Shown here piece by piece: positions 24,531 to 36,182 of a stretch of 64,000 bases of DNA. This DNA is from Spongospora subterranea f. sp. subterranea (taxonomy: Eukaryota): contig JAUGWO010000045.1 in the NCBI GenBank assembly GCA_049724395.1, positions 1 through 64,000 on the forward strand, read 5' to 3'. Below the pieces are notes generated by a model. That model was not told the origin of the DNA. It was given only the letters and a program-made list of their open reading frames with translations, and searched no databases. Numbering within the stretch: the stretch's first letter is position 1; each line of letters begins with the position of its first letter. The translations under genes and the position numbers were made by a program.

Positions 24531-25685
24531 ATGCTCGATCTGATATCGGTCTTATCGACGCGGGAGCCCCAATCGCCCCACGACTGCCTCGCTGACCATG
24601 TCGATCCCCTTGTCGCCGCCGTATTCGCCACCGACCTCGCCGCGGTTCGCGATCTGCTCCTGGGTCCGAACCCGATCCACCTCCTGAACAGCGCCTTGGG
24701 CGTCGCATGCATCAATGGGTGTTGGCAGATACTGGACCTGTTGTTGGCCCATGGCGCTGACCCCGTTGCCGACGACCAACAGCCGCTAGTCCTGGCCGCC
24801 GGTCGAGGGCACCTCCGTATCGTCCAGCGATTATTACAGGTTCCTGGTGTCGATCCCGCCCTCATTGATTGGCTGCCATTGCAGCGAGCCGTGTGTCGTG
24901 GCCAACGAGCCGTCGCCAACTGCCTCCTTGGGACCCTTTCCGACCACGATCGCCGTCGATTGGTCCGTCATCTCAACCTATTACGCCTGGCCAGCTCCTC
25001 CGGCCACATCGATCTCGTCTCGGACCTGTTATCGCTTGTCGACGACCCGATGGAGATCGGTGCATCCCTTCGTGAAGCAGCTGAATCTGGCCATATCGCT
25101 GTCGTTAACCAGCTGATAGTGGATGGACGATGTGATCAGGACGCGAACAGTGAGGCATTGGCGGCCGCCGCTCAATCCGGCCACTGCAATATCGTCAAAT
25201 TCCTGATGGCCAACACAAGTGCCGATCCATCATGGAATCTGCAATACTCGTTAAGATGGGCAGCGGCACTTGGATTCACAGCGATTATCGACCTATTGCT
25301 AATCCCATCGGTCGATCCGTCCATGGACGACAATATCACCCTGAAATGGGCGGTGATGCAAGGGCGTTTGGCAGCGGCCGAGCGGTTATTACATGAAGGT
25401 CGGGTCTTGGAACAGATTAGGGCTCGAGGGGGAGTGATATCGTTCGCCGATCAGCTGCCGGAACGAACCCGGAAACGGTTCCTGGAGCTGTGGCGACGGC
25501 TACGGGAGGAGCGGCGCCAGGCGCTGTTGGTGGCGTCGGTCCTGGAACAGGCTCGCGTGCCGTGTTATGAGATGATCGCCATGATGGCGTATGGATCCGC
25601 CTTCCGCCAATGCGGCAACGCCTCGCCCTTAGCGGCAATCGCCCGATCGGTTTATAGGATAAGAATGGCCCGTCCCCAATCATGA
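24531..25685 (+). CDS. Ankyrin repeat protein, intronless
   Basis: Repeated A...GH..IV.LL motifs with ADP/VDP linkers (LAAGRGHLRIVQRLL, AAESGHIAVVNQLI, AAQSGHCNIVKFLM). Confidence 0.88.
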   Translation: MLDLISVLSTREPQSPHDCLADHVDPLVAAVFATDLAAVRDLLLGPNPIHLLNSALGVACINGCWQILDLLLAHGADPVADDQQPLVLAAGRGHLRIVQRLLQVPGVDPALIDWLPLQRAVCRGQRAVANCLLGTLSDHDRRRLVRHLNLLRLASSSGHIDLVSDLLSLVDDPMEIGASLREAAESGHIAVVNQLIVDGRCDQDANSEALAAAAQSGHCNIVKFLMANTSADPSWNLQYSLRWAAALGFTAIIDLLLIPSVDPSMDDNITLKWAVMQGRLAAAERLLHEGRVLEQIRARGGVISFADQLPERTRKRFLELWRRLREERRQALLVASVLEQARVPCYEMIAMMAYGSAFRQCGNASPLAAIARSVYRIRMARPQS

Positions 25686-25978
25686 TCCAATCGTTGTGTC
25701 CATAGTCTGTATTACCATTGCCATTCACCCTTTCAATAAACTTATGTGGTTGAAACCCATCTCTCATCTGTCATTTATAGTTTGGCCCCGACCAGTCCAC
25801 TACCAGTCTATATAGATCATCATCTGTATTACAATTGTTCATGGAATATGGGAGGACGTATTGGACCTTATACTGTGTTTTGGCAGGTCAACTGTCTCCA
25901 TATCTATGGCGATATCCCATTGGAATAAGAACATGGCTCAGATAATGGTATATGTGTAATAACGACAGTATTCATGGA

Positions 25979-27381
25979 CTATGCGGCAGATGCAGCTGTA
26001 AATCGCCATCTATCCGGTATTGTTGATAGAGCGGAGATTGTGGGGGAGAGCGGCGTCACCCGGCGTTTGTTATCGTTGACCATGACCTGCGGGAACGGTT
26101 TATATTCCGGATAGAATTCCGGACCCGAACTCAGCGACACGGATTCCTGTTCTGGACTAAGACGAGGACGCCCTTCCTGCACGGCAGGAACCGTATTTGG
26201 TTGATCTCTTCTTTCGGGTATAAACCGGGACAGGAATGTCGAACAGGACACGAACAGATACAGAGGGAAATAGACGATATCTAATGGATAAGAACTCCAA
26301 TTCACAATCATGTGGCAGTAGGTCGATATCAGAATCCAAAACGTGATCAAAAGCGCCATCACCATGGCGACTATATAATCGGCGGCATTATAGACCACCA
26401 GCCCAACGACAACGCCCAGATAGAGGAACAATATCGGGTCAAGGAGATCACCGGTCATGACCAGTGCCAGTAACGTATGGTGGCGCCATGTCGCCCAACA
26501 CCCTAGGCCTGTCAACGGCCACGATACACGGGTAGTGGGTCGGCATGGTAACGCTATGAATGCGTCTGATGATGACTGGTAGACGAACTCATGATCGCGT
26601 TTGATGATCTCCAGCCAGATCTGATCTCGGTATCGGTCGGTCGTAAGAGCGCGTTGGAATGTGGCGTCCTGAACGATTGACGAACGGATGACGACCGTGT
26701 CCGGGAATACGGGTAAAGCGCCACTGAACCATGACAGGGACTTCATCAACGATCGGGAACGGGCCAGGGAGATATCGAACAGTAGTTCCCGTAGAGTTAG
26801 GGATTGTGTGGAATTGGGGTGCAGTTCAGGGGATAGGGCCGTGATTCCAACGGAGGTGTCGTCGAATGGCGATAACAGCCACTCCAGGGCAGTGGACTGC
26901 GACCAGATCGCGTTGGGAGAGGTGATCGCCACCAATGGGGTCGTGACGTTGTTGTGATGGCCATGAGGAATGACGATGGCAGCGTTGGGTCTTTGACTGG
27001 GATCAGGCGATATTGCAGGCGGGTGAGGTGTGAAAGGGCGGAGGCCACCGCCATATGTGCAGGATCATCGTCAGGAACGATGACTATCGCCATGTTAGGA
27101 CTGCACGATTGCCAAGACTGGACAACCGCCGCGAAATGGGACAGGTCCGATTTCGGTGTTATCACGCAAACGACGGCGGTGTCGGTAGAACGGTATGTGC
27201 GATCGTCACGAAGGCGGACAGGGCGATATGAGATTGTGGCCAGGGAAATCGTGACAAATAACAGGATACGATAGAACATGAGGAATATAATAGGGGACAA
27301 GTATATCACTGGGATATTGTCCACGACCGATATGGCGGTTGACCAAAACCAGCCCATCATTATTGACGATAATAATAACAC
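25979..27381 (-). CDS. Membrane glycosyltransferase family 2-like protein (fungal Cps1-like), catalytic motifs degenerate; indel near 26955
   Basis: TM helix ending YRPV, then VVCVITP, VTTPLVAITSPNAIW...LEWLLSPFDDTSVG, IRSSIVQDATF and C-terminal TM helices with YFPLY. The layout resembles Cps1-type GT2. Confidence 0.55.
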
Positions 27382-27589
27382 TCAACCGATCCAATAATAT
27401 GTGCAGGAATATCGGGTATATCCAGGGCAACACGCCACCCTTGAGTCATTGGATCCGGTCGACAAGATGACTCATCCCGCCGTCTCGATAACAATATCTT
27501 TTAGGGGTCAAACATCGATCTGACATATTACACGACGCGATTACTTTTTTCTTAAAAACCCACTTAGGACAACAGGTTTAATTGTGCAG

Positions 27590-28699
27590 TTATTTACAAT
27601 GGTCAGTAATTTCATCCCATTTGGTATTTTTGTTTGTTAGACCCCCAGTTCCATGGCGCGAATTATGTTCAATCAAAATCAACCTATTGGACCCGTAGAT
27701 GTCGCCATATCCGATATTGTGCAGGTGCTCGATATATTGGTCAGTGGTAAACCCGCTTTTGATCCCAAGATGGGCGCTCTCTGGCGGATTGACAAACTCG
27801 TCTCCGGCTGCCTTCACCAGAACAAATCGGTCAACGCGGTTGATATTGGCGCGTTCCGTTTCTGACGGATTGTGCAGCCTCGTCATGAAGTCGGAATCCA
27901 ATTTAAGATCTCGCATTACAGGAAACAGACGCAGCAGCGCCGCTTGCCTCGTTGCACTTAGAGCCTTTATCTGAGTTGGAATATCGTCAGATTTATCGAT
28001 CCCGAATTGTTTCAAGTAGTCGTTGGTCCACTCCAACACTTGTTCACGTCTCAGTAAATTCACTGCGAAACCCTCATCGAAGGAAAGAAATCCACTGAGC
28101 GTTGCGTGCAAGCTGATATACCGGTAAATATACGGATCATTCTACAGGAAGTCTGAGGTTAAAACAACCGGAACGATCGCAACGAGATCATACATACGTA
28201 TTTGTGGATAAACGCCCTGCCAACCACAGCGCCCAACGAATGGCCCATGAATATGATTCCACGATCGGTGTTCAGTTGACGCTGTAGAAGTTCGTTTCGT
28301 AATAGCTCAACTTGTTCGTCGATGAAGAGGAAGTTGTTGCTGCCCTCTAAACATGTTAGAGCGAGCACGAGCGTATCAGGATATTGCTTCTGAAGTGATG
28401 TGACCAGGTTCCGCATTCCCTTAGCGGTTGATCCTATCCCATGCTGAATGAACACCGCTCAATGAACAGGCAGAGCCACACCGCCAATGCAGTTGCCGTA
28501 CCAGAATAACGATTGGTCGAGGGGGGACAGTGCTGGATGGAGATAACAGGGAGGTGAAGTTGACATCAACTGCCTCAACGTTGGCGGGTAGCGCAGCAGG
28601 GGGCAGAAACTCACCATCCCGAAATAAGTCAACATATCGAATCGAGGGAAGCAACATCAGGATTATTAGAGCCGATATCACTATCGACCGGAGACCCAT
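27590..28699 (-). CDS. Secreted alpha/beta hydrolase, palmitoyl-protein thioesterase-like
   Basis: Signal-like MGLRSIVISALIILMLL, PIVIL|..HGIG oxyanion motif, nucleophile elbow GHSLG, DEFVNPPES acid motif and a C-terminal His. Two short introns. Confidence 0.7.
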
Positions 28700-29629
28700 T
28701 GGTTGTTGTAACTGATGATCCACGTTTGGATTGGATGGAAGGCGGCATGAGTTAGCCGAGGTAGATATTGATGACGAAGATCCTTTGATAAGGTTGATAA
28801 GCTCTGGTTTTAATTCCGAGACCAGTGGAAATTGCGCTTGTAATCGTGAAAGACTAGATGACGCTATTCTAGGTTTATCCTGATGAGATTGTATAGGGCG
28901 TTGTTTGATATTTCTCAAACGTGTAATTGGACTGGGAAGAGAATGGAGACTATCTGTATGTATGGTAGAAAATGGAACATTCATATTTGAGGACGACGGC
29001 GTATGCAAGAAACGTCGTCGCTTCGAGTCAGCTGCGGATTCTGGGCAACACCGTGCCAGGTATCGACAGCTGAGAATATCCGTAGCTGTCGTCAGCTGAG
29101 ACACATAACATGAGGGGCGACCACTACGATAGTAACTGCGCGTGTTTGGGTCTTCTGCGACAGGTAGTGGAGGGAACCGAGGCCGACCCAATGACACACG
29201 TGCTCGGTACTCCCAAGGCGAGGTTCAACGGTAATTCACGAAATATCAATTGTCCTCTTGACCTCGCGCGTCCTATGTATCTACATAGGCAGCGAACAAC
29301 TGACAAATTATGCACTGAAAAGGGTAACCTGAACCATTACCCCAATCTTTGTAGCTGTCCTGTAAAAATGATGGGAAAGACCATGCCCACTCCAGACAAC
29401 TGGGGTGAACAAATTGCACAGTATCCCGTCAAACGGATTGCTGTGATCACATTTACTGAACTGAACAGGAAACCAGGAACAGCACCACTAAATAGGCAAC
29501 ACAAACGAAGTAAGCAAACTACAAAAAACATAAGTGGCACACAATATACTATTGATTAGAAAACCTGACCAGACGAAGAAGAGGCCAAACGCGCGTGCGA
29601 ACTGCGAACAGACACACGGACAACAATTA

Positions 29630-29895
29630 TTAAACAAGTCAAGTGGTACGAAAACTACCCGAAAATTAACATGACATTTCACGACAAAACCAACGCAAAG
29701 GTACACAATGGACAACTAAAAACCAATCGGTGATCCCTTTGATGTGAGGATTTTGTCCTGTGTGTGATAAATGATTAGTTGATGTTGGTTTTTGTTGTCC
29801 ATTGTGTACCTTTGCGCAGTTGGGTAAATACTATGGTTTGTCGTGAAAAGTCATGTTAATTTTTGGGTAGTTTTCGTACCACTTCATTTGTTTGA
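29630..29895. repeat. Imperfect inverted repeat (foldback), ~90-100 bp arms with ~55 bp spacer
   Basis: aagtggtacgaaaactacccgaaaattaacatgac...gcaaaggtacacaatggacaac (29641-29727) is reverse-complemented at ~29784-29884. Confidence 0.9.
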
Positions 29896-30112
29896 TATAT
29901 GCGTCGATGATTTGGCTAATGTTATTGGTGGTTACGATTGCATTTTCATATATGGATTCGTTTCTTTCATTTACTCTGGCGCGGCGATTGCTTTTTTACC
30001 GTTTTGAATTTTTTCACACTTTGTTCCACTTCCACGACTTCCGTGGTCATTTCTCGGACCTCGTTGTTTTTGGCACTTCTTTCTTTGTCGCGACGGGGTT
30101 ATTTACCGCCAG

Positions 30113-30199
30113 AGGTTAAAGTGGCCAACCGCGGGGTACCGCAAGGGGTTGAAGTGGCCAACCGCGGGGTGTACCGCAAGGGGTTGAAGTGGTCAACCA
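30113..30199. repeat. Tandem repeat, ~33-35 bp unit, ~2.5 copies
   Basis: ggttgaagtggccaaccgcggggt(gt)accgcaagg repeated. Confidence 0.9.
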
Positions 30200-30287
30200 A
30201 GTACATTGCGCCGCGTCAATCATCAAAATTCTGAATGTTAATTTTTTCGGGTCAATGATTACGGTAAATAAACACATTAATATGTTC

Positions 30288-30494
30288 ATGTTATTCCAAA
30301 AACCAGTCTGCATCTTTGTTGATGGAACTGAAATGGGACAGACAGTTTGGATTAACGCAACCCAACAAAGCCAGCACACAAAATGATATCAAAAGATTCC
30401 AACGCTCATGCTATTCCTGAAACAGTCTAAATCTATGTTGATGGATCGGAAATGGGACAGATAATCTGAATTAACGCAGCTCAACAAAAGCCAT
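30288..30494. repeat. Degenerate direct repeat, ~85 bp, 2 copies about 120 bp apart
   Basis: atgttattcc..aaaccagtct..tgttgatgga..gaaatgggacaga..attaacgca..caacaaagcca occurs at ~30288 and ~30408. Confidence 0.8.
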
Positions 30495-31143
30495 TGTAAT
30501 TTTGAGTGCGCACAGCGCGCGCACGACATCTGGTTTTGCAAGTTTTGAAACGATGGGGCTGCAAATGTGGCACACAATGCAACGGTAATCGTTCCGAAAA
30601 GTCAGCAGTTCGTCATGATTAATTGACAAACCAATTCGGTAAACGCTCAATGCAGGTTTTTGCTGCTTGTACGAAGTGCGAATGACGCCTGGGAATGAGC
30701 TTCTATCCGATGCCATGTAAAATGATCAGCGCGTTTGCAACACAACAGTCAAATCTAATAAGCGTCTATAGATTTGATTTCCCGGTATCACGATCTGTAT
30801 TGTACAATCCTCGTGTACAAGTTGGTCATGAGTAGAACCGAAGAACCAACATGGGCCTAACCGAGGTGGACTGACATTCATCCAGTTGACCAACCCAACC
30901 ACCTGGAAGTGGAAGGGGGCCTTATTAAAGTACAGTAGTCCCCGTATATGTACACTAATATGTATATGGAAGAGGGTGTACCAGTGGTATGAAGTGGCTG
31001 TGCAGAATTTTCTCCTCTGTTTTAGTGCAGCCACAGAGCCACCTCATTATGATCGTTTCAAATGATTAGGACCCATTTGTTATGGCGTTCAACATCTTGA
31101 CAATTGTGTGAACTGGCAAGTTGCTGAAACCGATTCAAAATCT

Positions 31144-33682
31144 ATGACACGGGGACGTAACTGTAGCGCCGACAAAACGGATCGCGTCCTTCGTGTAAGA
31201 CGTCGAGCATCTCCGATCTCGAAGCCGATAACGAAACGGCGTAAATTTTTGCCATAGTTGAAAAGAATGGTCTCTAATGAAGTTGTAGTGAATGTTTGGA
31301 AGCTCTGCAGGCCTCTTGATTTGATGAAGAAATTGTGCTCGGACACATCCTTTACCGTTGTTGTTATCGGATGCGGATTAGCCGGTGTCGCCGCGGCTTC
31401 TGAACTTCGCCGTTATAATGTCAAGGTCGTCCTTCTGGAAGCTAGGGACCGTGTAGGAGGTCGTGTTTTAACCGATAGATCTTTCGGAACTGGCTCTTCT
31501 GGAGTTGATATTGGCGGTTCATGGATCCATGGAACTGATGGGAATCCGCTCACCAGCTTATGCCGCCAATATGATATTCCGTTATTGGCGACAGATGATC
31601 CTGAAGACGTGGAGTTGACGTCGTCTCAGCGAATGCCAATTTTTGATTGGGACGGCAGTCCAGTCCCTCAAGCAATCGATCGTGATGTTGAGAAAAAATT
31701 CAACGCGGCATTGACTGAATTGACGAACAAGGCTATCTCCATGAAGAATGCGAAAGTCCAACGTGACCGTTCGCTTGGACATGCCCTTGACGCGAAAATG
31801 CGATCATTGAAACTCTCCGATTTGCAACGACGCCTTTGGAGATGGCATTGCGCCAATCTAGAGGTTGGCGCTGCTTTTTCTGGGAATCAGGATTGTAATT
31901 TGACTTAGTATGCTAATTCAACTGATCTTGATCAACTTTCGATGTTGCATTGGTTTGAGGTATGCTGTCCCGTCGTGTGGTTCGATACGGGCGTTTATTG
32001 ATTGTCATTGCAATCAGGATGATGCTTACGCGTTTCCAGGGCGACATTGTCTGCTGAGACCTGGATATCAGTTTTTAGTCGAACGCATGGCGGAATCAAT
32101 GGATGTCCGTCTGAATCATTCTGTCATCAGGATTGATTGTTCATCTCCGGAAAAGGTCATGATCCACTGTTCAAACAAGTCCCAGATCAGTGCAGGTACA
32201 ACTGTGGGACAGATACGTCGTCAAAGGTCATTTATGCCCGATTATTTAGACTGCTGTATCGTAACCGTTCCCTTGGGGATCTTGAAAGCTAATCGAATTC
32301 ATTTTTCTCCGGAATTGCCAAAGAAGAAGCTAACTGCAATCAACAGTCTAGGTTTTGGTTTGCTGAACAAAGTATGACTCCTTTATTGAGAAAATTTCCG
32401 CATTTCTAAACTCGGGCATGCAGGTGGTTTTGCAATTTCCTCTACCGAGCTTTTGGTCACTCTCTTCAGCGAATTGCGGGTATGCGTCAAAAGACCGCCC
32501 CGGTCAATTCTACATTTTTATCAATGTCGAAGAAATAACCGATATGCCTACGATTGTGTCTCTAATATCGGGCTCCTGTGCTGCTGAATATGAAACCATT
32601 TCGGACGAGGATATTTGCACAGAGATCGTCGCCATTTTGCGATCTATTTTTTCTGGCAGGGTATCAGATCCAATCCGATATCGTGTCACTCGCTGGTCAC
32701 AGGTTGTACTGTCTGAGCGGCTTTTTATTGCGGCTTGCCTGATTCTGACCTTCAGGACGAGTTTTCTTTGGGATCATATTCATATGTAAAAGTGGGAGGG
32801 GACCCTACTGACGTCGCTACACTGGCTGAACCCGATTTTGCCGGTAGGCTTCGATTTGCAGGGGAAGCGACATCTATGAATTACATGGCCAGGTAGTAAT
32901 GGCAGTGGTAATATTTCAAATCTAAGGGCTAGTTTATTGTAGTTGTCATGGCGCCTATTTTAGTGGGATTAGGGAAGCCCGGTCGGTTCTGGACCAATAC
33001 ATACTATTTAGTGAAGCAATTTTCAGGGCTGATTTCAACACAGCTATTCGATCAGAGGAATTGACGGAAGCCCCCGAGACCTCTCGCTGTGCGATTTGCG
33101 GTCAAAACGGAACGGTACGTGCCTAATATTGCTAAGTGGTTTCTTTGAAACCAAATTATGCGTTTCTAGACAGAGCTGGAGTTATTAGGTCCATTGTTAG
33201 GTCCTTATTATGGTTGGGCCTGGATACATGAATGCTGCCTGCTCTATTCTCCAGAAGTGTTTCACAATGGGGATGGGTCATGGATCAATGTCGATGCGTT
33301 ATTGTCCCGAGCACCAATGGTTCAATGTTCCTCCTGTAGAAGAACCGGCGCTTCTATCGGATGTCACGAATCGACATGCACTCGAAGCTATCATGTTTCT
33401 TGTGCCTGGGCCACAAAATGGGATTTCCATCGTCCTGATGAAGGTAGTTATTATTTCTGCGCCGATCATCGCGACGCTGGTGCTAGGTGTAGTTTCTTAC
33501 CAACGATTATTGCGAAGCCCTGCAAATGTCGCCATGAGCGAAAGAAGTGCCCTGATTGTAAAGGGTGTATTGAACTGCATTGTACCTGTGAAGGTCGAGC
33601 TGTTATGCGTTCGGTTCTTTCACCGCAAACAATTGTAGGAGATGTTCGCATTACCCGAAGTCGCTCAAAATATCGGACATGA
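31144..33682 (+). CDS. LSD1/KDM1-like flavin amine oxidase with C-terminal extended PHD (zf-HC5HC2H-type) finger, multi-exon
   Basis: VVVIGCGLAG, EARDRVGGRV, WHCANLE|YAN, QDD..FPGRH, LGFGLLNKV (catalytic Lys motif) and FAGEAT, followed by CAICG...WIHECC...CSSC..GASIGC...C.RSYHVSCA...FCADH. In-frame 63-nt first intron 31195-31257. Confidence 0.85.
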
Positions 33683-34271
33683 TACACAAAACATCGCTGG
33701 GTTTATCATTTTTCAAATAAAGAATACAGTACGTTAATTAATAGCTACTGTAGATGAACTAATATGCCTTTGAGACTCATCATCACGCAATGATGACAAG
33801 GATGACAAAAGCTGCAAGAGTTCATCTACTGTTTAGTACTGGCCCAGTTATTTTGAACTGCGCAATGGAACACAAGTGAATGGAATCACGTGTTGTCAGT
33901 TACTGATGTAGTTGACCGACTACAAAGACGCACGACTGTTCTCATTATATTTTTTGGAAAACGCATTGGAACAAAGGATCAGTAATCAAGATACGAATCG
34001 TGGGGAGTTATTTCTGAACACGAGAGGGAGACCATTGGTCAATAACCTGGCTCTCTTCAACGCAGTATGCACGAGGCAACATAAGAAATCTTGTAGACAT
34101 CAACCATCGTACTCAATTATCTAATCAGCCGAATACAAGAAGCAGAAATGGTACGGTATATGGAGCCATACGAGCGCTTTTATGGCATTGCCAGTCGTTG
34201 CAATGATAGTGAGTTGTATTTACTTCATTTTTAACATGTCATTGCGCTCGGCTAAAAAAACGCTGGGTAAA

Positions 34272-35712
34272 TCAAATTCCCATGAGCGCTTCGGTTCTCA
34301 ATTTAACAATGGCGTTAACCTCATTTTCCATTTCATCAATATGAAAAACGTTATGATCACCATCATCGCTGAATTGCACTAAAAACATATTTTCGACCTC
34401 AACCCCGTATACCTTCTCAATGATATACTTGTAGAGGTTCAGCTGAAGAGCAGATTTTGTGTACAAATTATCTGGAAGGTGTTTAAGACCTTCTTCACGA
34501 CAATATCTGTAGGAAAGGCATGAAAAATACATCGCATGCCCATAACCGTAACCAGCATACTGAAAAATATCGGCATCAGGGGACAGATCCTTTGATGTTC
34601 TCTTCCAGTAGTAGATAATGACCGAGTCGGGAGAGCTCCCGTTGCTGATAAAATCAACAGTTCCGGCTAAAAGCAGCGAAGGATGTACTAGTTTTTGTTC
34701 TGGGGAAACTTTCGAAAAAGGACCAAACAGTTCGTGAAAAGTGGCAAATTGTTCTAAAACTTCGTCACCCACTTGATCGAAGTCGTCGAAACTTTTGCCT
34801 CGAAAGAAAGCGTTAATAAACCGGTGTAATAATGTCCTCTATAACATGATTAACGGTAACTTTCCAATAATTGTTAATTTTACGAGGCGAAAAGCTTTGC
34901 GACCAGAACTTGACCATTGTTGTTTGATAGTTTTCCGATCCAGATTAAAATATTCTGCGAAACCAATATTGATATTATTTAAATAAACGGAAATATATAT
35001 CCATACTGCTGTCTGGGTCTTCTTGCCAACGCTCATAATACGAATCAAGAACCTTATCGGCGTCGAATCTGTCTGGGCGGTGAGACCTAGCATCATGACG
35101 GAAACGATAATGTACTTTGGGAACAACGTCGATACGTAGTAAGGGATAGAGAGGCATGAATTTCGAGTACGATTTCCTTCATTGAACATCAGGGGCCCAT
35201 CAATTGGTAATGCGCCAGGGACTGATCTGTATTGGCTCGACATGTTACTCCATGTCTATACAATAATTCAAGTTAGACCGGGTAACGGTAAGGGGGCACA
35301 TCATCCGTTACACTTGTACCTGTTTCGATGTTGGAATTGTAACATTTGCCTTGGGCTGTACGCAAGTACGGTCCACTGTGTCCGATGATCGAATGACCTC
35401 TTTCCGTTCTGGTGCCTTTTTTATTACTGGTTCTGCTTTTGCATCGCGTACTGTTATAGAGGTACTGGAGACCGGTTTTTCATCGCACGACGCAGCATTG
35501 AGCGCCATCATGCTGGTGAGTTCAATGCACGAATCTGCCATATCGATACTGAGATCCATGGCGGAGATAATGAACTCTATCAAAGAAGCTTTCATTCCCT
35601 GTGCGTTAAGCTTAGATCTGACAGCAGCTTTCCTCTCTTTCAGCTCTCGTTGCTTTGCATGAACTTGAATTAACGCCAGGCACATGTCCCTAGCGACGTC
35701 GGATCGATTCAT
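34272..35712 (-). CDS. PD-(D/E)XK nuclease-like protein, copy A (giant-virus/phage Cas4-like type), catalytic Asp lost, with N-terminal extension
   Basis: Spliced FPK|FDADKVLDSYYERWQEDPDS|KYFNLD..QW..RL|RTLLH...LAGTVDF...IIYYWKR...HLPD...LQLNLYKYIIE. DWK has become YWK. Confidence 0.75.
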
Positions 35713-36182
35713 CTCGTCCGTTTGAATCTTGTTGTCCCAAAAGTCTCCTCATTGGAATGTGCAGAGGCGCAAACTGCGAAATCAGCGGATGTCTTAGATT
35801 GCCACAAATAGATTTTTAACGATTTTGTCCACGTTAAAAAACTGTGCCGAAATTAGATCTTGACTCGAACCAAACGCTCCGTAATCTCGGGTGTGACTTC
35901 TCAGACACAGATTTCGTCGAGTCTGTTCAGTGATTGAAGCTTTCCATAGATCCATGTTGAATGTTCTGCTTAACGATTAAGACTGCAGACGACCAGAGTT
36001 GAGTAAGCGAGATTAAAAAACCAACGAATAGCTACATAATGACTGCGGGTAGCCTGCCTTCCGCCCTGATATATTGTCTATTCGGTAGGACAGATGCCAA
36101 GTCTGTACTAATGGCTTAGAGCATTGTTGCAATGAGAATGGAATCGAGGTCGTGTCAATATATATATTGAGTTATATCCATT

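Noticed and set aside
29110..29559. 149-aa ORF with YPNLC, faintly like a hAT dimerisation motif
   Set aside because: The ERxFS motif is absent and the similarity is too weak.
31255..31257. In-frame TAG near the start of the LSD1-like gene (possible readthrough)
   Set aside because: It is the acceptor of a 63-nt GTAAGA...TAG intron (31195-31257).
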